Source: Clostridia bacterium (lineage in GTDB: Bacteria; Bacillota; Clostridia; TANB77; CAG-508). Taken from it: a stretch of 64,000 bases of DNA. Location of the stretch: positions 4,372 to 68,371 of the forward strand of contig JAFUYJ010000026.1 in NCBI GenBank assembly GCA_017470645.1. Reading direction: 5' to 3'. A model generated the notes under the pieces. The model was given only the letters and a program-made list of their open reading frames with translations, was not told where the DNA came from and ran no database searches. Shown here in pieces: positions 30,101-38,583 of this stretch. Position 1 is the stretch's first letter, and each line of letters opens with the position of its first letter. The position numbers were made by a program, and so were the translations under genes.

Positions 30101-31654
30101 CCAGCAGATAATGATTATCAAACCGTAAAGAACAGAGTCGACTTCATAAATGAGGTATGGGATGTGGTAGGAGTTCAATGCAAGAGAAAACATTTAACAT
30201 TCGATACTGTAGTAGAGACAGAAAACGCTGATGAAGAACATGCATCAGATGCGCAATTAATGGCAATTACAGGACTTCAATTATTGAAGAACATGGATAC
30301 GGAAGATGCAGACTATATATACAGAGACTTAAAAGAAATGTTGATTGAGCTTGCATACTACACAGAAGCTGAATTTGATTACCTAGATACCGATAAACTA
30401 GAATGGTTTATACCAGACTATCAACCTGAAGTATGGCCACAAAACTCAGATAATGAAATATTAGATTTTGCAGCGATATTATATCCAAAAGAAGAAAAAG
30501 ATGAAAATGATGATACAGAACCAACTGAAGAAGAAGAATTTAGACAAACCATGGGATTAAGTATAGATAAGTCACAAGGATTTGACCCAGATTTACAAGT
30601 AATAGCACCAGGAGATTGTATTATTCTAAGTGCTGAAGAAAACGAAATAGAAATAGAATTTAGAGCAGATGAACAACCTGAAATAGCAGTTTTAGATAAA
30701 TATACAATGATAATTGAAGGTATAAACATTGAAGATGGAATAACAATTATAGATGAAGACGAAAACGAAACTAATATTAGTTATGAAAGTGCAATAAAAA
30801 ACAAAACAAGAATTCCTGTGCATTCAGTTATAGGTAAAACAGGAAAAGATGAAATAAAAGTATACTTATTAAATTCTAAGGGTGGAATTATAAGCAATGT
30901 TGACCATTATATGGCTCCAGAAGTTGCAACAGTTAGCACACAGTCAGATAGTTTTTCAATAACTGGAACAGTGTTAACTAAGGATGAATTTACAAATTGT
31001 TGTTTATCATATATGAGCTCAAGAGGTATTAATAATAGTGATTTTTCAGAAACTAATTTAAGAAAGTTTTATGAAATTTGTGTAAGTTCAGGGGTGAACC
31101 CAGAATTTGCTTTTGTAACAGCAATAGCCGAAAGTGGATTAACAGCAGGGGAAGCAACAAGTACACATAATTATTGGGGATTAGATACTCCAAATGGAAG
31201 CTCAGTTCCATCACTTGGAACAATGCTTGAAACATTACAAAAATACTGTGATAGACTTGTAGAATATCAAGATCCAACAAGTAGTTTTTACACAATGATT
31301 ATGGCAAAATATGAAGAGCGTGCAGCGTGTACAGAAAATGGAGGCTGCAATCCAAATGGATATGGTAAACCAGATACTTTACAAGGATTACAAAGTATAT
31401 ATTCATACGTAGGTGATCACGTAGAGGGTGGCTCAGGAACTGGAGGATATTACTATTTAGACCCTGGTGTTGCAGGCTTTACAGGAGTATATAGCACTCA
31501 TCAAGAATTCCTTACAAAATGTAAAAATAACCACCCATATGGAAGTAAAGCGTCAATATGGGAACAAGCTCAATATACGGCATACCAGGTTGAAAGTAAA
31601 GTTGAAAAAGCTAAAGAGATTTTTGGAGAAAACGCAGGGAAAGCGATACATTAA
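27152..31654 (+). CDS. 1500-aa membrane-anchored acidic protein with C-terminal lysozyme-like (GH73/SLT-type) domain; VirB1-like role
   Basis: N-terminal amphipathic helix and TM; GVNPEFAFVTAIAESG...NYWGL near the C-terminus; SD AAGGAGG. Confidence 0.6.
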   Translation: MPNTNQPDNQDNLDEVQEDELRRQPEERSAAEQAARQAAGDAVRAGRDKLVQRISATKVGQAIKSAFTATKGFLAGHLVPVIVIVFLIIVIIGFVGYFMYMPSLIRGKFAEFSGKLMEVFYGDNHRLTVKSIDEEKRIELLQYLNDMGLDVVGYGFAPGVKFEEDGEGKEVIKEYTTHLMTGEEHDSNDSDIEDAKGDLLYYYLMAGERAYTINDDGLDGTLEKLYRLNPGYLLTSKALELLFGQDDAFKGMINITGDEGFDGVEVEIDRENQDLIITKNKNLVDEYEYAFSMGDWTGRYGTPVEFSLALHLATMSSGMMRELITNPNLQTAVSIGLDEVECNINFRFNVKNPDGSVRELMLPFNDPNGNQYALRDKIANNETISEDDISIEGLYYVYKGLEVFKYQVITNTEKLLQRGEDYNSIGIGNISRHLETMEALTGSRDIAVQVGNVDYEQTSSDGKTEYDGDEIVIPVYYRKDDGFSKSTVTANSGAYICQYDKEGERPDESTGKLNASTIPETNQIVNLQYEEVKDQENGENENYFMYKLKNDVEGNDFSDSYEYIPKADKYKLTRDDGSQFDSADVTVYRIRGLETFFGEHTLDTNDIVYLTSHKEAYDAMLEEIDWFISLAIWSNGWDMSEFNYNTSMDNLNQFYASEDSNRNISTVSYYRNLFDQAISGQGDVSLADVYNQLIADYETIKNKSIPVESTQSEVESRLKKLDYEVFTDKVVYFIYEQFNDKMDESGSVVKYVQPYIKSVVKHWFKDVDFMADGVYSESDAAIELAFPAETELPEEVEAVTVLTPKNGGRVSTQMDEPYVIKGDTVLRDGKIVDDHNTSIKDAVNKTADVSDYNWGDGYRTTKKIFTQGFYYTFDGTADTARSIYFQEELENASYGEIIEFSVSNGRIVKAQRNPQREIIGMDMIFDKNAITIYYEGEDEEELKLYESDNENIRRYSDAKKTNLKVPVKKYIIVYNNSNLEYLSPADNDYQTVKNRVDFINEVWDVVGVQCKRKHLTFDTVVETENADEEHASDAQLMAITGLQLLKNMDTEDADYIYRDLKEMLIELAYYTEAEFDYLDTDKLEWFIPDYQPEVWPQNSDNEILDFAAILYPKEEKDENDDTEPTEEEEFRQTMGLSIDKSQGFDPDLQVIAPGDCIILSAEENEIEIEFRADEQPEIAVLDKYTMIIEGINIEDGITIIDEDENETNISYESAIKNKTRIPVHSVIGKTGKDEIKVYLLNSKGGIISNVDHYMAPEVATVSTQSDSFSITGTVLTKDEFTNCCLSYMSSRGINNSDFSETNLRKFYEICVSSGVNPEFAFVTAIAESGLTAGEATSTHNYWGLDTPNGSSVPSLGTMLETLQKYCDRLVEYQDPTSSFYTMIMAKYEERAACTENGGCNPNGYGKPDTLQGLQSIYSYVGDHVEGGSGTGGYYYLDPGVAGFTGVYSTHQEFLTKCKNNHPYGSKASIWEQAQYTAYQVESKVEKAKEIFGENAGKAIH

Positions 31655-31688
31655 GTCAAGCTAACTAAACTTGGGAGGTATAATTTAT

Positions 31689-32258
31689 ATGAAAAATAGA
31701 AGACTAATTTTTATTATAGCTATAATAGTATTAATTTTAATAAGCCTCGTAACTGCATATAATATAATAGTTTCAAAGACTCAAAGAACAGAGGTAGAGA
31801 AATATTTAAATTATATTAATTCCGAAGAAATCGGAGAAGAAGTAAAAACACCAAAAATGATGCATGTTGTATTAGCTGCATATAAGGGCAACGTAAAAGA
31901 TTTATCAATTGTAAAATCAATTACATACTTCAAAACCAACATAATACCAGAAATTCAAGAAAACACAAAAAATCATATATCAAAATCAATGTATTATAAA
32001 TGGCATAAAAAACAATTAAAACAACAAATAGGAATAAGTAATAAACAGGAATACAATCTGTTGGTTGAGAAATGTAACATACTAACAAGTACAGACAACA
32101 TTGATTACATGAAATTTGATACAGACACAATAAAAATTGATTCAAATGGGTTAGATGTAGTATTACGTGTAAAGTGTAAAGATAGTGCAGAAGTAAAATT
32201 TAATGTGAGAATATTAAAGAAAGCCAATGAAAGCCAAACATCAATATATATAAAATAA
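31689..32258 (+). CDS. Hypothetical bitopic membrane protein
   Basis: N-terminal TM; SD GGAGG. Confidence 0.6.
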   Translation: MKNRRLIFIIAIIVLILISLVTAYNIIVSKTQRTEVEKYLNYINSEEIGEEVKTPKMMHVVLAAYKGNVKDLSIVKSITYFKTNIIPEIQENTKNHISKSMYYKWHKKQLKQQIGISNKQEYNLLVEKCNILTSTDNIDYMKFDTDTIKIDSNGLDVVLRVKCKDSAEVKFNVRILKKANESQTSIYIK

Positions 32259-32275
32259 AAGTAAAGGGTGTCGCC

Positions 32276-32929
32276 ATGAGCAAGGTTAAGAGTGATATAA
32301 GAATTAAAGATTTAAAATGGTTAATTATAATAATACTGATAACATTAGTATTATTAGTAATATATCTAAAAGAATATGCCATAAATGCTAAAATAGAAAA
32401 CGAAGCAATAATTAACACAAAAAATGAAACTCAGCAAGCTAGCCAACAAGAAAATAAAACATCCCAGGTCGAAATACAAAGAACAGATGAAGATGTGGTA
32501 AAGTATCTGTCTGGACTAGATGAAAGAAGTAGAATGGAATACTATTGTGGTGAATACTTAAAGCATATAAAATACAAAGAATATGAGGATGCATATAATT
32601 TATTGTATCCTGAGTTCAAAGAAAACTACTTCCCAACATTAGAAAAATTCGAAGAATATGTAAAAAATTATTACCCTAAATTTTTTGCTGTTCAATATGA
32701 TGATATTGACAGGCAAGGAGATATTTATATCATCAGATTAAAAATTGTAGATGCAACAAATTCGTCAAAAGACAGCAATAATGCAGAAAGCAGCAAAGAC
32801 AACATACAAAGAATGGTAATTCGCGAAAATGGATTTAATGATTTTGTAATGTCATTTCAAGTTAACAATATAGATGAAAATAACGTAGATAATAGCACAA
32901 GAACTGATAATATAGAAAACAACAATTAA
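32276..32929 (+). CDS. Bitopic protein, NTF2/VirB8-like (paralog A)
   Basis: TM plus YEDAYNLL..EFKENYFPTLEKF, shared with the next gene. Confidence 0.5.
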   Translation: MSKVKSDIRIKDLKWLIIIILITLVLLVIYLKEYAINAKIENEAIINTKNETQQASQQENKTSQVEIQRTDEDVVKYLSGLDERSRMEYYCGEYLKHIKYKEYEDAYNLLYPEFKENYFPTLEKFEEYVKNYYPKFFAVQYDDIDRQGDIYIIRLKIVDATNSSKDSNNAESSKDNIQRMVIRENGFNDFVMSFQVNNIDENNVDNSTRTDNIENNN

Positions 32930-32960
32930 ATAAAACTTATAATAAAGAGGAGTATATGAG

Positions 32961-33944
32961 ATGAGTAATAGAAGCGATTTTCAAGTTAAAATTATAAATT
33001 TCTGGAAAAAACATAAAAAAAAGATTTTTATAATAATTGTAATTTGGTTAATAATTATAGTTATTAACCAAATTCTAAAGCACAGAAAACCAGCTGAAAA
33101 ACAGCCATCTACAACATATACTCCTCATACTACTGTTATGGGCGATGGTGATGAAGAAGTACCTGAACAATATCAAAAGCCTATTGAAGAGTACATTGAT
33201 AAATACTTCAATTACTGTAACAATGGGGAATATGAAAAAGCGTATGAACTTATTTCAGAGGATTGCAAAAAGAACTATTATCCAACATTAGAAAGTTTTA
33301 AAGGATATGTAGATGAAATCTTCAAAGGAAAAAAGAAAATTTATAACATACAAAGTTATTCAATAGTTGATGACAAATACACATATAATATCCGAATATT
33401 AGATGATATACTTGCAAACGGTACATCAGAATCATTTGAATTAGGTGGAAAAACATACGAAAATGGATATTATTATTACGAAGAAAAGCTAATATTCACA
33501 GAAGAAAATGGAGAGCTTAAACTATCAATACAATATATCGATGATTCAGAACCTAACATTATAGTAGAGGATGAAAATTTTACTGTTAGAATTACCAAGA
33601 AAGTAGCAGATTATGAGTCAGAAACATATACAGTTCAAATAGATAACAAAACAGACAATTATATTGTAATCTCTGATGGAAAGCAAAAAGATGAAATAAC
33701 AATGAACTATAACGGAAGAGAAAAGAACTTGAAGAATAAAATCGCTAATTTATATATAAGACCACATTCATTTGCTGTAAGAGAATTCACATTTGAAAAT
33801 TACTTTGATGAAGGACGTACGGCAGACACGCTTAAGTTCAACGCGGTAAGAGTTTTAAAGAATTATGATGTAGAAAAAGGAACAACTCAAGAAAATTTAG
33901 ATGAAGCAGTACAACTTTATAGTTTTGAAATAAATATGAAATAA
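32961..33944 (+). CDS. Bitopic protein, NTF2/VirB8-like domain plus beta-rich domain (paralog B)
   Basis: TM plus YEKAYELI..DCKKNYYPTLESF. Confidence 0.5.
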   Translation: MSNRSDFQVKIINFWKKHKKKIFIIIVIWLIIIVINQILKHRKPAEKQPSTTYTPHTTVMGDGDEEVPEQYQKPIEEYIDKYFNYCNNGEYEKAYELISEDCKKNYYPTLESFKGYVDEIFKGKKKIYNIQSYSIVDDKYTYNIRILDDILANGTSESFELGGKTYENGYYYYEEKLIFTEENGELKLSIQYIDDSEPNIIVEDENFTVRITKKVADYESETYTVQIDNKTDNYIVISDGKQKDEITMNYNGREKNLKNKIANLYIRPHSFAVREFTFENYFDEGRTADTLKFNAVRVLKNYDVEKGTTQENLDEAVQLYSFEINMK

Positions 33945-33949
33945 TGTGA

Positions 33950-34058
33950 GAAACTTTTGGGGACACTGACAAAAAGTTCCACCGAGTTGATGTTTTGAGG
34001 GACACTGGTAAAAAACAGCATGAATGTGCTGTTTTTTACCAGTGTCCCTCAAAACATC
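33950..34058. repeat. Composite REP-like element: A-type half plus B-type palindrome with perfect 32-bp arms
   Basis: gaaacttttggggacactgacaaaaagttccac, then gatgttttgagggacactggtaaaaaacagca-tgaatg-reverse complement. Confidence 0.9.
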
Positions 34059-34143
34059 GCCCTAAATTTCTCCCCACACCCACTTGTAATTTTCCCAAAA
34101 AGATGATATAGTAAAATAAATCAAAAATTGGAGGTAACACAGA

Positions 34144-35667
34144 ATGAGTAGAGGAAAAAGATATGAAGGCGACCAACAGCTAAACCTAAAAAAAGTTTTT
34201 GCAGTGGTGGCAGTTATTATAGTAATTGTTTTATTTGTAATAGGAATAAAGAAAATACTAAAAGCAGATAAAAACACAGTTGAAAGCAAAAATGTAGAAT
34301 TAAACTACTTTACAATGGTAACAAACGGAAACTGGGGAGTAATTAATTCAAGCGGAGAAACAATATTAGAAGCAGCAAATAAAGAAATAATTCAAATTCC
34401 AAATAAAGCAAAAGCAGTGTTTATAACTACAGAAACAAATTACAGCGACGGAACATCTACAACAAAAGTAGTAAACGAAAACAATCAAGAAATTTTTACA
34501 GGATATGAAAGCGTATCAACACTACAAAATTATGATGAAAACAATACTTTATGGATTGAAGAAAACCTATTAAAAGTACAAAAAGACGGAAAATACGGAT
34601 TAATAAATTTAGATGGAAAAGAAGTACTACCATGTGAATATGACAGCATTGAAACATTAAAAGGAATTAAAAATAGTATAATCATAAAAAAAGAAAAATC
34701 ATCAGGATTAGTAAATTCTAAAGGAGAAATAGTAGTACCTGTAGAATATAAAACAATATCAGCAGTTAATGAAGACTATAAAAATGGATATATAGTAGAA
34801 AATGCAGAATCAAAATTTGGAATAATTAATTCAGATGGAAAAAATGTATTAGAAATAAAATATGAAAAAATTGAAAATATCATAGACAACAATAAATACA
34901 TTGTAAAAATAGACGGAACATGGGAAGTTATCTCAGAAGATGGAAAAACATATCTAGAAGGTAAAGTATCAAACGTTACAGACATGAATAATGGTAATGT
35001 AATAATAATTGAAAACGGAAAATACGGAGTTATAAGCTTAGGAGAAGAACAAAAAATTCCTGCAGAATATGATAATTTAGTATATGCATTTGATAACAAA
35101 TACATTGCACAAAAAGGTGGAAAATACGGAGTTATAAGCATAAACAATGAAACATTAATTGATTTTAAATATTCAGAAATTTTACACAACAAATCAACAG
35201 AATATTTAAAAGCAAAAAATGAAAATGACACATACGACTACATCTCGAAAACTCTAGTTACAAAATTCACACTATCAGATGCAAATGAAACATTTATAAA
35301 GGATAAATACATAAGCGTAAATGTTAAAGGTGAAACAAAATACTATGACTATCAATTAGAAGAGAAATCAAACAAAGATATATATACAGCTAACACATTA
35401 TTTGTATATCAAGAAAACGGAAAATACGGTTACAAAAACAAAGACGGAAAAGTTATAGTAGAAGCAAAATATGATGATGCAAAAGAACAAAATGACTATG
35501 GTTTCGTAGCAGTAAAAAAGGACGGAAAATGGGGAGCATTAGATCAATACGGAAAAATAGTTTCAGAAACAAAATATGATTTAGAAAACAATGAATCAAT
35601 TGACTTTATTGGAAAATGGCATATCGGATTTTCCAATGGTGCAGTTTATTATACTGATGCGGAATAG
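34144..35667 (+). CDS. WG/KWG-repeat protein, membrane anchored
   Basis: Repeated K.GKYG.I...G...I...Y units; N-terminal TM. Confidence 0.85.
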   Translation: MSRGKRYEGDQQLNLKKVFAVVAVIIVIVLFVIGIKKILKADKNTVESKNVELNYFTMVTNGNWGVINSSGETILEAANKEIIQIPNKAKAVFITTETNYSDGTSTTKVVNENNQEIFTGYESVSTLQNYDENNTLWIEENLLKVQKDGKYGLINLDGKEVLPCEYDSIETLKGIKNSIIIKKEKSSGLVNSKGEIVVPVEYKTISAVNEDYKNGYIVENAESKFGIINSDGKNVLEIKYEKIENIIDNNKYIVKIDGTWEVISEDGKTYLEGKVSNVTDMNNGNVIIIENGKYGVISLGEEQKIPAEYDNLVYAFDNKYIAQKGGKYGVISINNETLIDFKYSEILHNKSTEYLKAKNENDTYDYISKTLVTKFTLSDANETFIKDKYISVNVKGETKYYDYQLEEKSNKDIYTANTLFVYQENGKYGYKNKDGKVIVEAKYDDAKEQNDYGFVAVKKDGKWGALDQYGKIVSETKYDLENNESIDFIGKWHIGFSNGAVYYTDAE

Positions 35668-35710
35668 GAAACTTATGGGGCGACTTTTTGTAAGTCGCCC
35701 CATAAGTTTC
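35668..35710. repeat. Short REP-like palindrome, probable bidirectional terminator
   Basis: gaaacttatggggcgactt-tttgt-aagtcgccccataagtttc fills exactly the gap between two convergent stop codons. Confidence 0.8.
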
Positions 35711-36556
35711 TTATTTAATAGCAAAAACACGAAGAGCATTTTCATACGTACATTTAGCAATATCTTCAACAGAAACACCTTTAAATTCAGCCAACTTTTC
35801 TGCCACAAACTTCACATTTCGTGAATCATTTCGCGTACCCCTTACAGGCTCAGGTGCTAAATAAGGGCTGTCTGTTTCAATCAACATTCTATCGAAAGGA
35901 ACCATCTCAGCAACTTCTTTAGCATTCTTTGAATTTTTAAAAGTTACAGGTCCCGCAAATGAGATATAAAAACCAAGCTTTAGGGCTTCCTTTACCAACT
36001 CCACATTTAATGGACAACAATGAAAAACGCCAGGTTTTACAGTAGGACAAACATTTTTTAAAATATCTAAAGTATCCATAACTGCCTCTCTAGTATGAAT
36101 AACTATTGGCAAATTTAGCTTGTTTGCAAGCTCAATCTGCTTAATAAATACACGTTTTTGAATTTCTCTGTTTAATTTATTCCAATGATAATCTAATCCA
36201 ATCTCACCTATAGCTACAACTTTCTTATTTGAAACAGCAAGATTTTCAATTTCCTGTAACTGTTTATCCACAATTATTTCACAATCTGTGAATAACTTTT
36301 TTATCTCTTCGACAGTTTTACCTTCCAAATCTTCATCTTGCACCTGACCTGGAATATCATTAGGGGAGATTCCAACAATTGTATAAATAAAGTTATACTT
36401 ATTAGAAAGCTCAACTCCTTGAATCGATGACTCCAAACTATATCCAGCACTGATTAATTTAGTAACACCTGAGTCATGTATACTCTTTATTATTTCATCT
36501 CTATCCTCATTAAATTTCTCATCATTATAATGAGCATGATTATCAAATAGCTCCAT
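35711..36556 (-). CDS. tatD: TatD family nuclease
   Basis: D.HAH, AIGEIGLDY, PIVIHTR, GVFHC and LIETDSPYLAP motifs. Confidence 0.92.
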   Translation of the reverse strand: MELFDNHAHYNDEKFNEDRDEIIKSIHDSGVTKLISAGYSLESSIQGVELSNKYNFIYTIVGISPNDIPGQVQDEDLEGKTVEEIKKLFTDCEIIVDKQLQEIENLAVSNKKVVAIGEIGLDYHWNKLNREIQKRVFIKQIELANKLNLPIVIHTREAVMDTLDILKNVCPTVKPGVFHCCPLNVELVKEALKLGFYISFAGPVTFKNSKNAKEVAEMVPFDRMLIETDSPYLAPEPVRGTRNDSRNVKFVAEKLAEFKGVSVEDIAKCTYENALRVFAIK

Positions 36557-36635
36557 TTTTAATTTACTCCTTTATATAAATAACATTAAATTGTAGATTA
36601 GCCATGTTTTAAACTATAACCAGCAAGTATTAACT

Positions 36636-37019
36636 TTATAATTTCTCACAAATGCAGTTAGCGACAGCCATTTTATCCACATGAGATATACTAATAGAAA
36701 CGCTAAAACTATTTCCAATGATCTCTTCAAGCTTACCATGAAAGTAAGCAACAGGCCTTCCAACTTCATCGTTTAAAACTTCAATATCCTTCCATTCAAT
36801 ATCATATTTATTTGTCAATTGATTAGAAACTGCTTTGAAAATAGCCTCTTTTGCAGCAAATTTACCAGCGTAAGATTGGAATTTTTGTACATTTTTTTTC
36901 TCACAATATTCTATTTCTCCTTGTGTAAAAACTCTTTCTAAAAATTTATCTCCAAAATTTTCAATACTTTTTTGTATTCTATCAACTTCAATAATATCTA
37001 CACCTATTCCTACAATCAT
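36636..37019 (-). CDS. acpS: Holo-ACP synthase
   Basis: GIGVDIIE, FAAKEA.FKA, G.P and SISISH motifs. Confidence 0.93.
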   Translation of the reverse strand: MIVGIGVDIIEVDRIQKSIENFGDKFLERVFTQGEIEYCEKKNVQKFQSYAGKFAAKEAIFKAVSNQLTNKYDIEWKDIEVLNDEVGRPVAYFHGKLEEIIGNSFSVSISISHVDKMAVANCICEKL

Positions 37020-37251
37020 TTAAAATACCTTCCTTTTTACAGTTCTAAAAGAAATATAACCGCTGTTAGCTAAAAAGTCAAGTATTTTATTGTGAACTAT
37101 TGCTGAAATTTTGGCAACCCAAAAATATTTTCAAAAACTATTTTCTAAAAAGTACTTTAATGATATAATAGAAAAAAAGTTGGAAAATTAGGGAAATGAA
37201 ACTTTCATAAGCTACCTAAAAAGTTCCATCAGAAAAGGATGTTGAAGTAAT

Positions 37252-38301
37252 ATGGAGGAAGAATTATTAGGATTAATAGAAAAAGTATTAGAACTAATGG
37301 AAAATGATGAATGTAAATCATATGTATACACAAAAAACAGACTTCACATAATAGATAAAGAAGAAAATATTGATTTCGAAGCAAAACTAAGCAATAATAA
37401 CTACTACTTCAAAGACAATATTAATAATAATATGTATATATTTGTAAAAAAATACTTAAATAATAACACAACTGTCCAAAAAATTTTAATGGATAACGGA
37501 GAAGAGCAATTTTACTACTCATTTTTGGAAAGAGATACCTACTTAAAAATGGCTAGACTTATTAGAAAGCAAGGTAATGAATATTTAATTTGCGATAACT
37601 CAGATTTAATGAATAAAACAGATATGCAATTACTTCAATATGCAGATCAAAACTTAAGTGCGCAAGGAAACATAGGCGAAGGCGAACCAGAGACTCCAAA
37701 TAGAGATGAAACAAGAAAATTCATTATGGAACTACAACATGCACAAGAATATTTTGATATGCACAACAGCGATGAGGATTATCCAGACATTGATGATATT
37801 GATGACTATGAAAGTTATGAGAATGAAGATGGAGATAGTTATGAATTAGATGAGGATGAGTTCTCAGCACTATTTGACGAAGAATTCGACGAGGACTTTA
37901 ATGAAGAATATGACGAGGAATATGACGAAAATGATGAATTCCTCGACGGAGACTTAATTCAAGACGAACCAAATGCAATATCAGCAGCATTTGAAATCAA
38001 AACAATAGCAGAATATAAAAATGAAATAGACGAACAAGTAAAACAATCAGCATCAAAGAGTCAAACAGACCAAAAAGAAGACTTAAACATTTTAATAGAT
38101 TATTATAGACCATACAAACTAATGATAAACGGAAGACCTGTAGAAGGAAGAGCAAAAATATTAATGGCAGGAGAATGCGATGTAATAGTGGAAGAAAAAT
38201 ATTTTGAATCTGTAATGATGAATGAAGGGGCAAGTAACTTGAAAATGACAATAGATGCAGTTCAAAAATTTTTAGAGGAAAACCAAGAATTGGATAAGTG
38301 A
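37252..38301 (+). CDS. Hypothetical highly acidic protein
   Basis: 349-aa ORF with a central Asp/Glu tract. Confidence 0.7.
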   Translation: MEEELLGLIEKVLELMENDECKSYVYTKNRLHIIDKEENIDFEAKLSNNNYYFKDNINNNMYIFVKKYLNNNTTVQKILMDNGEEQFYYSFLERDTYLKMARLIRKQGNEYLICDNSDLMNKTDMQLLQYADQNLSAQGNIGEGEPETPNRDETRKFIMELQHAQEYFDMHNSDEDYPDIDDIDDYESYENEDGDSYELDEDEFSALFDEEFDEDFNEEYDEEYDENDEFLDGDLIQDEPNAISAAFEIKTIAEYKNEIDEQVKQSASKSQTDQKEDLNILIDYYRPYKLMINGRPVEGRAKILMAGECDVIVEEKYFESVMMNEGASNLKMTIDAVQKFLEENQELDK

Positions 38302-38388
38302 TGTTTTTGGAGACGTGGAACTTTTGGGGACACTGATAAAAAGTTTCACAAGATTGAAACTTTTTGTCAGTGTCCCCAAAAGTTCCAC
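38300..38388. repeat. REP/REPIN-like palindrome preceded by a B-type stub
   Basis: gtggaacttttggggacactgataaaaagtttca-caagat-tgaaactttttgtcagtgtccccaaaagttccac. Confidence 0.88.
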
Positions 38389-38583
38389 AAAAAGTAATAA
38401 AATCAAAAGGACATGCATATAATATAATATACATTCAAAAAAACAAGCAAAACAAGTCAAAAACCGCCAAAACACTGAAGTTTACAGCACTCTATAATTA
38501 TGTAAAATTTATACAAATTTGACATATTTTGACAAACATGGTATAATATTAATTGTCTTAGTTAAAGGAGGGACAAATATCTT

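Noticed and set aside
11179-33944. ICE integrated at tRNA-Arg
   Set aside because: No duplicated tRNA 3' end, integrase or relaxase seen, and a housekeeping ABC-F gene lies between the tRNA and the T4SS genes
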